From Gammaproteobacteria bacterium (lineage in GTDB: Bacteria > Pseudomonadota > Gammaproteobacteria > SZUA-140): a DNA stretch of 64,000 nt. Below the pieces are notes generated by a model, which saw nothing but the letters and a program-made list of their open reading frames with translations, ran no database searches and was not told the DNA's origin. This document shows positions 32,163-42,887 of the stretch, one piece after another. Positions within the stretch are counted from its first letter, which is position 1. The number at the start of each line of letters is the position of its first letter. Location of the stretch: the NCBI GenBank assembly GCA_021648525.1, contig JAKISP010000002.1, positions 43,367-107,366 of the forward strand. The letters are read 5' to 3'. Position numbers and translations under genes: made by a program.

Positions 32163-33350
32163 ATGAAGGCCAAAGACCGCCGAGTACAGGAACTGCGTGA
32201 CACCATTACCGAGCTTTCGCCGACCGAAGCGTACGAGCTACAACAAAATGGCGCCACCCTGATCGACGTACGTGACAACGAAGAAGTCGCACAGGGCAGC
32301 CCAATTGGTGCGCTACGTCTGGGGCGCAGCTTCCTTGAGCTCAAAATCGAAGAGCAGATCCCAGACACCGATCAAACCCTACTGCTGATGTGTGCAGGCG
32401 GAACGCGTTCACTCTTCGCCGCCGATGGCCTGCAACGCATGGGCTACAGCGATGTACGCTCGGTTGCCGGGGGGTTCAGCCGCTGGAAGACAGAGGCTCA
32501 ACCATTTGAAACCCCACGCATGCTCGACGCCACCGCACGTGAGCGTTATGCACGCCACCTTTCAATGCCCAATGTTGGAGACAAAGGCCAGCTCAAACTA
32601 CTCGATAGCAAAGTTCTGCTGATTGGTGCTGGTGGCCTCGGCTCACCCAGCGCCTATTATCTTGCTGCTGCGGGTGTCGGCACACTCGGCATCATCGATG
32701 ACGACGTGGTGGATCGCAGCAATCTACAGCGCCAGATTCTGCACACCGAAGATCGTATCGGCATGCCTAAAGTGGAATCAGCGCGCATTGCGCTGGAAGC
32801 GCTCAACCCGGATGTAAAAGTTGTTGCACATCAAACCCGCATCGATAGCAGTAATGTTGAAGAACTCTTTGCCGATTATGATGTGATCGTCGACGGTTCA
32901 GACAACCTGCCCACCCGCTATCTGATCAACGACGCCTGCGTGAAGCTTAAAAAGCCTAATGTACACGCCGCCGTCTACCGTTTCGAAGGGCAGATCACTG
33001 TCTTCTGGCCAGATTATCAGGGCGACGTGCGCGGCTCCTGTTACCGCTGCATGTTCCCGGAGCCACCACCACCAGAACTCGCACCATCCTGCGCAGAAGC
33101 AGGTGTACTGGGTGTGATGCCCGGTATCTTTGGCCTGCTACAGGCCGTTGAGACGATTAAGATTTTACTCGGGATCGGCACACCACTAGTTAGCCGCATG
33201 CTGCATTACGATGCACTCAGTGGTGAGTTTATGGAGATGCGCGCTAAAGCCAATCCATCCTGTCGCCATTGCAGCGACGGCGCGGAATTCCCTGGCTATG
33301 AAGACTACGCACAGGTCTGTTCATCAACACCGCCACCGGCTGACAAATAA
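32163..33350 (+). CDS. moeB: Rhodanese-MoeB/ThiF adenylyltransferase fusion (MoeZ-like)
   Basis: N-terminal rhodanese (LIDVR, CAGGTRS); RYARHL, GAGGLGSP, SNLQRQ, DGSDN, CYRC, CAEAGVLG, CRHC. Confidence 0.88.
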   Translation: MKAKDRRVQELRDTITELSPTEAYELQQNGATLIDVRDNEEVAQGSPIGALRLGRSFLELKIEEQIPDTDQTLLLMCAGGTRSLFAADGLQRMGYSDVRSVAGGFSRWKTEAQPFETPRMLDATARERYARHLSMPNVGDKGQLKLLDSKVLLIGAGGLGSPSAYYLAAAGVGTLGIIDDDVVDRSNLQRQILHTEDRIGMPKVESARIALEALNPDVKVVAHQTRIDSSNVEELFADYDVIVDGSDNLPTRYLINDACVKLKKPNVHAAVYRFEGQITVFWPDYQGDVRGSCYRCMFPEPPPPELAPSCAEAGVLGVMPGIFGLLQAVETIKILLGIGTPLVSRMLHYDALSGEFMEMRAKANPSCRHCSDGAEFPGYEDYAQVCSSTPPPADK

Positions 33351-33357
33351 CAAACCA

Positions 33358-33382
33358 CCGCCACCGTACTTAACGGTGGCGG
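33358..33382. terminator. GC-rich hairpin after moeB
   Basis: ccgccaccgt-actta-acggtggcgg; no clear U-tail. Confidence 0.45.
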
Positions 33383-33638
33383 ATGAGAATTGATTAACCT
33401 ACCCTTGCTGCAAAAAGGTACCCAGCGCGAGACTGACTAATACTCGTGATAACACCGACCGATAAAAATTTAAACCTGCTTGTATTGAATGTAGCGGGGT
33501 GCTAGCTTAAGGGAAGAACCTCTATTTTGGGATTTCGTAAAAAACACCTAAAATAGGCAATGCATGGCAACCATATATCACGACAGCACGCTGTCGTATA
33601 TTCGCAGCTAAATTATTTAGCGAGAGAGGGGTATCAAA

Positions 33639-33710
33639 TTGGATCTATTAATAGCAATCATCATTGTGGGAATTGGCTGGCTAATATTCAGGCGAAAAGA
33701 AAAAGAGTGA
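33639..33710 (+). CDS. Putative 23-aa single-TM peptide MDLLIAIIIVGIGWLIFRRKEKE
   Basis: TTG start about 7 nt after gagagggg; hydrophobic core with a charged tail. Confidence 0.45.
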   Translation: MDLLIAIIIVGIGWLIFRRKEKE

Positions 33711-33718
33711 CGTCGCGA

Positions 33719-33787
33719 GGCAGCGTAAAAATAGACCGCTCACGCGGCATCCAACAACAGTAGCTTTCTATTTTTACTCTGCCCCAA
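33719..33787. repeat. 17-bp inverted repeat (REP-like)
   Basis: ggcagcgtaaaaataga (33719-33735) and tctatttttactctgcc (33767-33783), 1 mismatch; the right arm recurs at 61633-61651. Confidence 0.55.
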
Positions 33788-34059
33788 TCAAGCTTATTAT
33801 GTGACGTTCAATCGATTGTATTGCACCATCAATACAACCGGGTTAACTCATAACCGCCACTAAAGCAATTTCTCGAAAGCATTGATACGGCAAGACACAG
33901 TTGGTTGACTAGCCGAAAGTTTGTTAGCGGCAACCGAAACAGGGCCGCTTTCAGTAATGGCATTAAAAACCCCAGAGGCCATTCCGACCTTGCACATTTA
34001 TATCGCCAACCAAACAACGCCACATCGCAAGATGTACAAAGCATTCACATCTGTAGGCC

Positions 34060-34512
34060 TCATTCAAAAACCACATCTTTATCTTTAATTGAAAACACCA
34101 ACTCAGAGACCTTATCAACATCTCTCTTCAGTTTAGGCAAACTGACGCAACTACTCCAACGCACGTTAGGCGCAAGTACTTTATGCTGTGAATAAATCTG
34201 ATATCCAGGAATCGCAAGATCGTCGCTAAAACCCACTTGATGAGCAATGATATTCCATTCGACCAGTGTGATCGTTTTATCACTAAAATTTTCAACTGTC
34301 ATTTTAAGCGGTGACGATTCGTCACAAAACCCCAACGAATACTCAACAGAGACAGAAACCGCCTCAACCACTTTTTTTTCTGCCCAGTCCTGATAGTATA
34401 AAAATCCACCAACAGCACTTCCGGCCAACACCAACACACCAAGGCCGCCAAACATTTTCTTTGGAAAAATGATAAACAACGACAGGACTATCGCAATAAC
34501 AACCCACTTCAT
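34060..34512 (-). CDS. Hypothetical membrane-anchored protein
   Basis: Two N-terminal hydrophobic segments and a beta-rich C-terminus with 2 Cys. Confidence 0.7.
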   Translation of the reverse strand: MKWVVIAIVLSLFIIFPKKMFGGLGVLVLAGSAVGGFLYYQDWAEKKVVEAVSVSVEYSLGFCDESSPLKMTVENFSDKTITLVEWNIIAHQVGFSDDLAIPGYQIYSQHKVLAPNVRWSSCVSLPKLKRDVDKVSELVFSIKDKDVVFE

Positions 34513-34616
34513 GAATAACGCTCAATTTCACACATAACTGAAAACAGAAGCAACACTCGAATAATAAACCAGGCAAGAATTCAGCGCAGTCATCACCTGC
34601 TCAAATAAAAACCACT

Positions 34617-35444
34617 TCACCGCCGATACCCTCGCGCCAAAGCACGTGTAGAAAACTCTCGATCCTTCAAACCAACATTAACTTCAATCTCTCTTGCATC
34701 ATAAACAATGGTTGAGTCCGTCCTGAAGTTTTTCACAATCCCTGTTTCCCACACCCATGCCCCTTTAATTTTCCGCCAGGTGACAAACTGCTTCTTGACC
34801 ATCTTCATCTCTTTATCAAAATAGTCAACGCGGCTTTCAAGGCAGTGCTCCCAATCTTTACCTTTACTAAACCATGAGATACGCTTCCCATAAACAGGAT
34901 CATGCTTGGGAGTACTCTCAACAATATAAAATTCTTTTCCTTCCACCGTTCGTTCTTCAACAAAACGGTGTTCATCTTCGCCAATATCGCGCACCCGCAG
35001 GTCATCATCACTAAAGCCCCAGTCCATCTCCTCAGGCGAACGTTTCGAGATTCGTTTTACAATGCGCATCTCAGGCAAATAGACCCACTGATCTGCAAGC
35101 CTGTCACTACCATTAACATACCCCCAGCGCATAAAAGCTAATCCCTGGTTATGTGCAGACGCAGTATAAAGCACGACCTTATCAACGACGCCATCTTTGC
35201 CACCATAGTTTTTCCACAATCGCACATATTCACTGGAAACTTTTCTCCCATTGGTCAGCGTACTGGTGACCAGCAAACGGGAACGCTGATCCTCTCCTCC
35301 ATTTTTGTAATAACAACGCTCCACTATTTCAGCACCGCTCAGCGGCTGAATCATTTCAGTACTCACTTCTGCCGCAATAGTGAATGGATAAAACAGTGTC
35401 AGAATTGTCGCCGTAATCGTTTGACTAATGGCTTGATAATTCAT
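34617..35444 (-). CDS. LolA-like outer-membrane lipoprotein-sorting family protein
   Basis: Signal peptide; DQWVYLPEMRIVKRIS, GFSDDDL, YGKRISW, VDYFDK, GLKDREFS. Confidence 0.75.
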   Translation of the reverse strand: MNYQAISQTITATILTLFYPFTIAAEVSTEMIQPLSGAEIVERCYYKNGGEDQRSRLLVTSTLTNGRKVSSEYVRLWKNYGGKDGVVDKVVLYTASAHNQGLAFMRWGYVNGSDRLADQWVYLPEMRIVKRISKRSPEEMDWGFSDDDLRVRDIGEDEHRFVEERTVEGKEFYIVESTPKHDPVYGKRISWFSKGKDWEHCLESRVDYFDKEMKMVKKQFVTWRKIKGAWVWETGIVKNFRTDSTIVYDAREIEVNVGLKDREFSTRALARGYRR

Positions 35445-35486
35445 ATTTCACACAACTCCTTTCTGTCATCGTCCGTTGAATCTGTA

Positions 35487-36977
35487 TTACTGCCGCCGGG
35501 CCAGGGGCACGACCACCATTCCCAGAATCAAAATCAATATAGCAACATTACCGACCATCACATAGGGTGTCGTACCTTGCATTGGCACCACAACGTCACT
35601 CAACGTCGTCTCTTCAAATTGAGGTGCTATCGATTGAAAGCGCCCCTGATGATCAATGATCGCAGAGACGCCAGTATTGGTTGCCCGTAACAGAGGTCGC
35701 CCACTCTCTTTAGCACGCATCCGTGCAATCTGCAGGTGTTGATGCGGCGCACTTGAATCTGAAAACCAGGCATCGTTACTCACATTAACCAGTAGTGTCG
35801 CTTCTGGTAACTGCATAATTACCTCTTCCCCAAAGGCGTCTTCAAAACAGATAGAGATGCCCACTTTCTGTCCTGCCATCGGTAACGGACGCTGATCGTC
35901 CGATCCCGCACTGAAATCTGACATTGGTACCTGAATAATGTCAACAAGCACCGATAACCACTCTTTTAACGGTAGATATTCAGTAAATGGCACCAGGTGG
36001 CGCTTATGATAAAAGCCAGTCGCACTACCGAGACTCATCATCGTATTGTAGTACTGCCGTTTCTCTCCATCGAGATAGACCAGCCCCAACAAGATATCCG
36101 TATTATTAAAACGCGCCTCTTCGGCAAGCCCAGCAAGAAAATTGGTTGATTCATGAAAAAATGTGGGCAAGGCCGTCTCTGGCCAGATGATCAGATCGCT
36201 CTCCCAGTTTTCACGTGTCAGCCTCGCGTAAAGATCAATGGTGGGTGCTTTCATTGATGGCAGCCACTTTAATTCTTGCGGGATGTTGCCCTGTATCAAT
36301 GTCACTTTCATCGGCTTACCCGCAGGCGATACCCAGCTCACCTGATTTGCCAACAAACCACAACCCCACAACACCACCAACGCAACAATATGAAATGATT
36401 TCTGACCAATGTAGATATTACGAATCACAATCGCGATAAATGCAGCGCTTAGTGCAACAGCAAGAGACACACCATAAACACCCAGTAATGAAGCAAAGCC
36501 ACCGAGCGGCGTTTCGATCTGGCTATAGCCAACATTGAGCCACGGCAGCCCTGTAAACATCCAGCCCCGGATCCATTCAAACAACACCCATACCGCTGGA
36601 AAACACCATAACAACGCCGCCGTGGCTGACAAATTAAAGCGCTGTCGAAATTTCACAGCCACCCCACCGGTCATCGCAAGAAATGTCGCGAACACCAATA
36701 CAAACATCGAAGTGATAAAGAGTGAGAGCACAAAGCCAACATTGCCATAATGGTGCATGCTAATGAAAACCCACCACACACCGACACCAAACATACCGAT
36801 GCCAAACAACAAGCCGCGCCACATTGCGCGACGCACAGTGCTATCAAGCCAGATGAAAAAAATAGAAACTAACGAAACAATCGCGAGCGGATAAAAATCA
36901 TAGGGCGCAAATGCAAACGGCAATAAGCCACCTGCTATCAATGCCAGTAAATCACCGCGCCATGTTGCGAACATCAA
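35487..36977 (-). CDS. lnt: Apolipoprotein N-acyltransferase
   Basis: QGNIPQ, WPETA, KRHLVPF, ICFE, NDAWF, RATNTG. Confidence 0.97.
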   Translation of the reverse strand: MMFATWRGDLLALIAGGLLPFAFAPYDFYPLAIVSLVSIFFIWLDSTVRRAMWRGLLFGIGMFGVGVWWVFISMHHYGNVGFVLSLFITSMFVLVFATFLAMTGGVAVKFRQRFNLSATAALLWCFPAVWVLFEWIRGWMFTGLPWLNVGYSQIETPLGGFASLLGVYGVSLAVALSAAFIAIVIRNIYIGQKSFHIVALVVLWGCGLLANQVSWVSPAGKPMKVTLIQGNIPQELKWLPSMKAPTIDLYARLTRENWESDLIIWPETALPTFFHESTNFLAGLAEEARFNNTDILLGLVYLDGEKRQYYNTMMSLGSATGFYHKRHLVPFTEYLPLKEWLSVLVDIIQVPMSDFSAGSDDQRPLPMAGQKVGISICFEDAFGEEVIMQLPEATLLVNVSNDAWFSDSSAPHQHLQIARMRAKESGRPLLRATNTGVSAIIDHQGRFQSIAPQFEETTLSDVVVPMQGTTPYVMVGNVAILILILGMVVVPLARRQ

Positions 36978-36988
36978 GCACAGCCCTC

Positions 36989-37861
36989 TTACTTATCAGT
37001 CGTTGAAGTAGTCGCGCCCTCTGCCTGTAAGCTCATCTGTAACAGATGAATACGACGACTATCGGCATGTAACACCTTGAAGTCGAAACGGCCAATTTCA
37101 CATTTTTCACCACGTTTAGGCAGGTGACCAAAAGAGCGCATCATTAAACCACCAATCGTATCGCAATCTTCATCACTGAATTCAGATTCAAAATATTCAT
37201 TAAACTCTTCGATCGGGGTTAGCGCCTTAACGGTAAAACTGACCTCGCTATGCTTCATGATGTAACTATCTTCCGCCACATCATGCTCATCAATAATTTC
37301 ACCGACAATCTGTTCCAGCACATCTTCAATCGTCACCAGGCCATCAATACCACCGTATTCATCAACGACAATCGCCATGTGGTTTCGACTGGCGCGAAAG
37401 TCCTTCAATAAAACATTAAGGCGTTTGCTATCAGGAATAAATGCAGCAGGACGCAGCACATCACGTACGTTGAAGGACTTACTTCCATCAAGCGCATAGG
37501 ACAACAGATCCTTTGCTAGCAGAATGCCCTCGACTTCATCCTTTCCATCACCGATGACCGGAAAACGCGAATGGGCTGATTTGACAATCACTGGCAAAAT
37601 CTCTTTCAATGGCGCATCACGTTCCACTACTACCATCTGCGAACGTGGGATCATGATGTCCCGCACCTGCATCTCAGAAACTTCCAGCACCCCTTCGATC
37701 ATGGTAAGAGCATCAGCATCCAGCAGATGGCGCTGCTGAGACTCGCGCAAGCTTTCAATAAGTTCTACACGATCCGCCGGTTCCTGTGCAAATGCCTTCT
37801 TCAGTTTACCTAAGAAGCCATCTTTTGCAGTCGCCGGCTCGAGCGATCGGTCGCTGTTCAT
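36989..37861 (-). CDS. corC: CBS/CorC-domain Mg/Co efflux protein
   Basis: VRDIMIPRSQM, HSRFPV, HMAIVVDEYGG, TIEDVLEQIVG; lies between ybeY and lnt. Confidence 0.93.
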   Translation of the reverse strand: MNSDRSLEPATAKDGFLGKLKKAFAQEPADRVELIESLRESQQRHLLDADALTMIEGVLEVSEMQVRDIMIPRSQMVVVERDAPLKEILPVIVKSAHSRFPVIGDGKDEVEGILLAKDLLSYALDGSKSFNVRDVLRPAAFIPDSKRLNVLLKDFRASRNHMAIVVDEYGGIDGLVTIEDVLEQIVGEIIDEHDVAEDSYIMKHSEVSFTVKALTPIEEFNEYFESEFSDEDCDTIGGLMMRSFGHLPKRGEKCEIGRFDFKVLHADSRRIHLLQMSLQAEGATTSTTDK

Positions 37862-37922
37862 GGTTGCCCTATTCCTGGTTTCATTGGTTTTCCGCTCATC
37901 AAATCTAAAATTGTCTTCATCA

Positions 37923-38444
37923 TTACACCACGCCATCATTCATATATGGGTCGTCGAATCCCAAGTATGCCATGATTTTTCTCTCTAAATCTTCCATTTC
38001 ACGCGCGTCACTATCATCAACATGATCATAACCTCGCAGATGCAACACCCCATGCACCACCAGATGGGCCCAATGGGCACGTACCGTTTTACCTTGCGCC
38101 TGCGCCTCTTGCACCACTAGCGGGACACAGATAACAAGGTCACCCAACAGCGGTAGTGGCACATCGGCCGGCGCCTCAAACGGAAATGAGAGCACATTAG
38201 TCGGCCCCTGTTTATCGCGATACTGCTCATTAAGCGCAGCACTTTCTCCATTTTCGACCAGCCGAATGGTGAGTTCAACCACCTCCATTGCACCTTCAAG
38301 CGCCGCTGTAACCCACTGCCTCAAGTCTCCCTGCACAGGCAGGTCGACATCTTGCGATTGCGACAGTGCAAGCTGTAGATCTAGCACCAGGTCCAGGCTA
38401 GAGCTTTCAGACCGATCTGGCTCAACGTCCACGCCGCCCACCAT
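37923..38444 (-). CDS. ybeY: rRNA maturation endoribonuclease YbeY
   Basis: TNVLSFP, LGDLVIC, HGVLHLRGYDH. Confidence 0.95.
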   Translation of the reverse strand: MVGGVDVEPDRSESSSLDLVLDLQLALSQSQDVDLPVQGDLRQWVTAALEGAMEVVELTIRLVENGESAALNEQYRDKQGPTNVLSFPFEAPADVPLPLLGDLVICVPLVVQEAQAQGKTVRAHWAHLVVHGVLHLRGYDHVDDSDAREMEDLERKIMAYLGFDDPYMNDGVV

Positions 38445-39426
38445 CTTTTTCTTCCTGCGCCTCTGTGGCCGCATAGGCCTGCACGATGCGCTGTACCAGT
38501 GGATGCCGCACCACATCCTGCGACTCAAAGAAGGTAAAGCTTATGCCATTGATATCTTTCAATACATCGATCACATGCCGCAGCCCTGAGGTGCTACCAC
38601 GCGGCAGATCAACCTGTGTTACGTCGCCAGTTACCACCACGGTCGAGCCAAAACCGACACGGGTCAAAAACATCTTCATCTGCTCAACGGTAGTATTTTG
38701 CGCCTCATCAAGAATGATAAAAGATTCATTCAGGGTACGACCACGCATATAGGCAAGCGGTGCCACTTCAATTACATTCTGCTCGATCAATTTAGCAACA
38801 CGTTCAAAACCAAGCATTTCATACAGCGCGTCATAGAGTGGACGAAGATAGGGGTCGATTTTCTGTGACAAATCTCCCGGTAAAAAGCCGAGTCGTTCAC
38901 CTGCCTCCACCGCAGGACGCACCAGCAATATGCGGCGCACCTCTTCTTTCTCCAGCGCCTCAACCGCACAGGCCACCGCCAGATAGGTTTTACCTGTGCC
39001 AGCAGGGCCAATACCAAAGTTAATCTCCTGACTTAAGATACTCTGCAGGTACATCGCCTGATTAATTCCACGCCCTTTAATGCCGCCCTTTCTGGTCTGA
39101 ATCTGCACGCTCTCAACCATCTGCTGTTGCAGCTCTTTAAGCGCGGGAGCGGAGTGCAGCGCCATCTGTACCTGTGACGGCGCAAGTGTTGCGCCATCGG
39201 TTTCAGCGTACAGCGTCTTCAATAATTTACTCGCCTCAATCACCGCATCAGGATTGCCAACAAGACGAAAATCATTGCCTCGATTACTAATCTCAATACC
39301 GAAGTGCGCCTCGACCTGGCGCAAATGGCCATCAAACTGCCCACAGAGTTCAGCTAGACGATGGTTGTCGACAGGCTCTAAAAGCAGTTCACTAATCTGT
39401 TGATTATCACTCAAGATGGAATTCAC
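38422..39426 (-). CDS. ybeZ: PhoH-like ATPase (YbeZ)
   Basis: GPAGTGKT, RPAVEAGERLGFLPGD, AYMRGRT, DEAQN, DVVRHPLV. Confidence 0.93.
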   Translation of the reverse strand: MNSILSDNQQISELLLEPVDNHRLAELCGQFDGHLRQVEAHFGIEISNRGNDFRLVGNPDAVIEASKLLKTLYAETDGATLAPSQVQMALHSAPALKELQQQMVESVQIQTRKGGIKGRGINQAMYLQSILSQEINFGIGPAGTGKTYLAVACAVEALEKEEVRRILLVRPAVEAGERLGFLPGDLSQKIDPYLRPLYDALYEMLGFERVAKLIEQNVIEVAPLAYMRGRTLNESFIILDEAQNTTVEQMKMFLTRVGFGSTVVVTGDVTQVDLPRGSTSGLRHVIDVLKDINGISFTFFESQDVVRHPLVQRIVQAYAATEAQEEKDGGRRGR

Positions 39427-39520
39427 ATATTTGAAAGAAAAAGAAAGCGGTGCCTCTCGATGACACCTGGGCTGAACTACAATTACGCACTGTATATAAT
39501 GTGTTTATGCTGAAAAACCG

Positions 39521-40879
39521 CTATGCGACATGTCGCTCATTATTTGGTTCAATCACTGGAATCAACTCACCACGCAGAGAATTAGGCAATGCCTCGGTAA
39601 CGCGCACATTGGCAAACTGTCCTATCAACGATTGATCCGCGGTAAAATTCACCCAACGATTATTGTCAGTACGACCGGCTAACTGTGCCTGGTCCTTTTT
39701 CGAGACTCGTTCCACCAACACTCGCTGCTCAGTACCGACCATCGACGCGCTAATCTCAGCTGCCATCTCAATAATTCGCTTCTGTAATTCCGCCAGGCGC
39801 TGCTGCTTAACCGCATGCGATACCTCATCAGGAAATGCCGCAGCTGGCGTACCGGGGCGCGCACTATAGATGAAACTAAACGAGTGATCAAAGCCAATAT
39901 CTTCAATCAGCGCCATCGTGGCGCGGTGATCAGCATCCGACTCACCAGGAAAGCCAATAATAAAATCAGACGACATGCTGATATCGGGGCGGATTTCACG
40001 TAGGCGACGAATCTTTGATTTATATTCCAGCGAGGTATGACCACGTTTCATCGCACCCAAAATACGATCAGAACCACTCTGCACCGGCAGGTGTAGATGA
40101 CTCACCAGTTCTGGCACATCACGATAGGCCTCAATCAGACTGTCACTAAACTCAACCGGGTGCGAGGTGGTAAAACGAACCCGCTCAATACCATCGATAC
40201 TGGCAACATAAGTGATCAACAGAGCAAGATCTGCCTCAGTGCCATCTTCCATCTCATGACGATAGGCGTTGACATTCTGACCCAATAGATTCACTTCACG
40301 CACCCCCTGACTAGCAAGCGATGAGATTTCACTCAACACATCGTCAAACGGGCGACTAAACTCTTCACCGCGGGTATAAGGCACCACGCAGAAGGTGCAG
40401 TATTTGCTACACCCTTCCATGATTGAGACAAACGCCGTCGGGCCATCCGCCTTCGGCTCCGGCATGCAGTCAAACTTTTCAATCTCGGGAAAACTGATAT
40501 CGATCACTGGGTGACGCTGCTGCTTCACTTCATTCAGCATCTCAGGCAAACGATGAAATGTCTGCGGACCAAACACCAGATCAACAAACGGTGCGCGTTC
40601 GCGGATCGCATTCCCTTCCTGGCTGGCAACACAGCCACCGACACCGATCACGATATCTGGCTGTTTCACTTTCATTTCGCGCCAGCGACCTAACTGGTGA
40701 AATACTTTTTCCTGTGCTTTTTCACGAATCGAACAGGTATTGAGCAGCAAAATATCGGCCTCTTCAGCAGAATCGACCAGCTGTGCGCCGTGCGATGCTG
40801 CGAGCACCTCCGCCATTTTGTCAGAGTCGTATTCGTTCATCTGACAACCAAAGGTCTTAATAAATAATTTGTGCGCCAT
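39521..40879 (-). CDS. miaB: tRNA-2-methylthio-N6-dimethylallyladenosine synthase
   Basis: [28 protein letters not shown] radical-SAM motif, TRAM domain. Confidence 0.98.
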   Translation of the reverse strand: MAHKLFIKTFGCQMNEYDSDKMAEVLAASHGAQLVDSAEEADILLLNTCSIREKAQEKVFHQLGRWREMKVKQPDIVIGVGGCVASQEGNAIRERAPFVDLVFGPQTFHRLPEMLNEVKQQRHPVIDISFPEIEKFDCMPEPKADGPTAFVSIMEGCSKYCTFCVVPYTRGEEFSRPFDDVLSEISSLASQGVREVNLLGQNVNAYRHEMEDGTEADLALLITYVASIDGIERVRFTTSHPVEFSDSLIEAYRDVPELVSHLHLPVQSGSDRILGAMKRGHTSLEYKSKIRRLREIRPDISMSSDFIIGFPGESDADHRATMALIEDIGFDHSFSFIYSARPGTPAAAFPDEVSHAVKQQRLAELQKRIIEMAAEISASMVGTEQRVLVERVSKKDQAQLAGRTDNNRWVNFTADQSLIGQFANVRVTEALPNSLRGELIPVIEPNNERHVA

Positions 40880-41597
40880 CGTCGTGCTATTTCAAACCCA
40901 AAACTTGCTATAAGAGAACGGCATAATTTACTACTTTTTCAGCAAAATTTCCAGTCAGCCACACATAGCCCCCAACACCCTAAACGACGACGGACCACAT
41001 TCTCTACAGCCCGCTACCAAATCAAGCCCACCTTCTATGACTATGCGTTTGGCGGCTTAGAACTAATCTTATGGATACTCAAAACCCACACCATTAGACT
41101 CATCTTCCTACATCAGGCACAGCCCAGACACTTCTATCAGCGCACCGTAAAAATAACGCCGTCAATCAACGTCGCACGCACACCCTGCACGTCATCAATT
41201 TTCCATTTTTTTGAGTCAACATTAAAGGCCCATACAGGCAAACAAACCACCTGCAATCAAACCCTGTCGTCAACGCACCCATCAGGTGCATCACATCAGA
41301 ACCCGCAAATTGCCACCAAACTAGCCGACGCCATAAGAGCTACGCAGCATCCAGTCAAAGAAACAAGCAATAGTCAAACCATTATAGTGCAACAAAAGCC
41401 TTATCGACTCTTCATTTGTGTGGAATAGAATTGCAAATAGCGAAAACCGCCCAACTATAGTCCACCTATAATCCGTTGATAGCGCTAACATGCAAGCAAC
41501 TAATTAGCCCAATCGCTAAAATTCAGTTGCTAGCAACATCTATCAGCTACATTGGTCTGTAGAACGACAACTTTCACTACCGACAAACAACCCCCAC

Positions 41598-41783
41598 TTA
41601 ACGGCGTTTTTGACGGCTCTGCTCTTCTTTTATATATACCAGTGACTCATCGTCTGGTGCTACATCTTCCGACCACTGCTGACTAGTGTCAGTAGACGAT
41701 TTCAAATGAACTGCGACCGCTGCTCCAATAACACCGCCCAATGTGAAAGCCACCAATACTGCTTCTATCATCATGCCCATCAT
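41598..41783 (-). CDS. Small single-TM hypothetical protein
   Basis: SD ggagg; AVLVAFTLGGVIGAAVAVHL TM segment; charged tail. Confidence 0.65.
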   Translation of the reverse strand: MMGMMIEAVLVAFTLGGVIGAAVAVHLKSSTDTSQQWSEDVAPDDESLVYIKEEQSRQKRR

Positions 41784-42083
41784 ATGCGTATCCTCCAATA
41801 TTCAGGTTTACATCCTTGCCAGACCATCCAGATCCTTATCGGTAATGGCCATTTCGAGATCCTTCACTATTATTAGCGGCTCGATATGCCATCCCCTTAA
41901 TTCAGTTAAAAGCATTGATCATGCCAAGATCGAGAAAATATTAGAAACAACCGGATAAAAGGTGGTAATTTACTGTATTGATAGAAAAAATTAACCAGGG
42001 CCTTGCCGCATATTTTGCCCATATAAAATCGCAACATTACAAAAAAATGACGTGAGCGGCGTGCACCAGCAGATTCAGCGCGA

Positions 42084-42884
42084 TTATTCTGCCAATTTGG
42101 CCTTTAGCCACATCGCATCAAGCGCTAACAAATTGACATCCTGCGGCATCACCCCCAGGTCAGCGCACTGTGCCTCAACCAGACTAAAGCGATGCTCAAA
42201 ACGCCTGTTCGCTTCACGTAGCGCACACTCTGGGTCGATTGATGCGTGACGCGCAAGATTACTCACCGCCTGCAACAGATCACCCACCTCATGACGCATG
42301 CGCAGATCACCCTGCTTCTGTTCAAGCACTTCACGCACCTCATCTAGCTCTTCCTGCACCTTATTCAGCACCTGACCAATTTCAGGCCAGTCAAAACCGA
42401 CATGGGCCGCACGTTTCTGCAGCTTCACCGCACGTGTTAAAGCGGGCAGTGTCATCGCAACGCCATTCAAAGCGCTCTGATCACTCACAGCGACACTTTT
42501 TTTTCGTCGCTCACCCGCTTTAATCTTCTCCCACATAGCACCATGATCACCCTCAGGAATCTGGGCACCATCAACATCATCATCAAACACATGCGGATGA
42601 CGGCGAATTAGTTTTTCTGTAATGGTTTCAACCACCCGCGCAAAGTCAAAGCGCCCTTCTTCTTTAGCAATCTGGGCATAAAACACGACCTGAAACAGCA
42701 GATCACCCAACTCATCACACAGATCATCCATCTCTCCACGCTCAATCGCATCCACCACTTCATACGCCTCTTCAATGGTACAGGGCGCAATCGAACGGTA
42801 ATCCTGCGCCAGATCCCACGGGCAGCCAGCCTCTGGGTCTCGCAATTGAGACATCACTTCAAGCAGTTTTTTTATTTCATTCAT
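42084..42884 (-). CDS. mazG: Nucleoside triphosphate pyrophosphohydrolase MazG
   Basis: LRDPEAGCPWD, EEAYEV, ELGDLL, RRHPHVF, GFDW, EVGDLL. Confidence 0.96.
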   Translation of the reverse strand: MNEIKKLLEVMSQLRDPEAGCPWDLAQDYRSIAPCTIEEAYEVVDAIERGEMDDLCDELGDLLFQVVFYAQIAKEEGRFDFARVVETITEKLIRRHPHVFDDDVDGAQIPEGDHGAMWEKIKAGERRKKSVAVSDQSALNGVAMTLPALTRAVKLQKRAAHVGFDWPEIGQVLNKVQEELDEVREVLEQKQGDLRMRHEVGDLLQAVSNLARHASIDPECALREANRRFEHRFSLVEAQCADLGVMPQDVNLLALDAMWLKAKLAE

Positions 42885-42887
42885 AAG

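Noticed and set aside
40871-41428. 185-aa plus-strand ORF upstream of miaB
   Set aside because: No SD, no recognisable motifs, overlaps the miaB start; probably a spurious frame. No RNA gene recognised in this gap either.
41420-41436. Sigma-54 promoter tggaatagaattgc
   Set aside because: GG-to-GC spacing is 9 nt rather than the required 10
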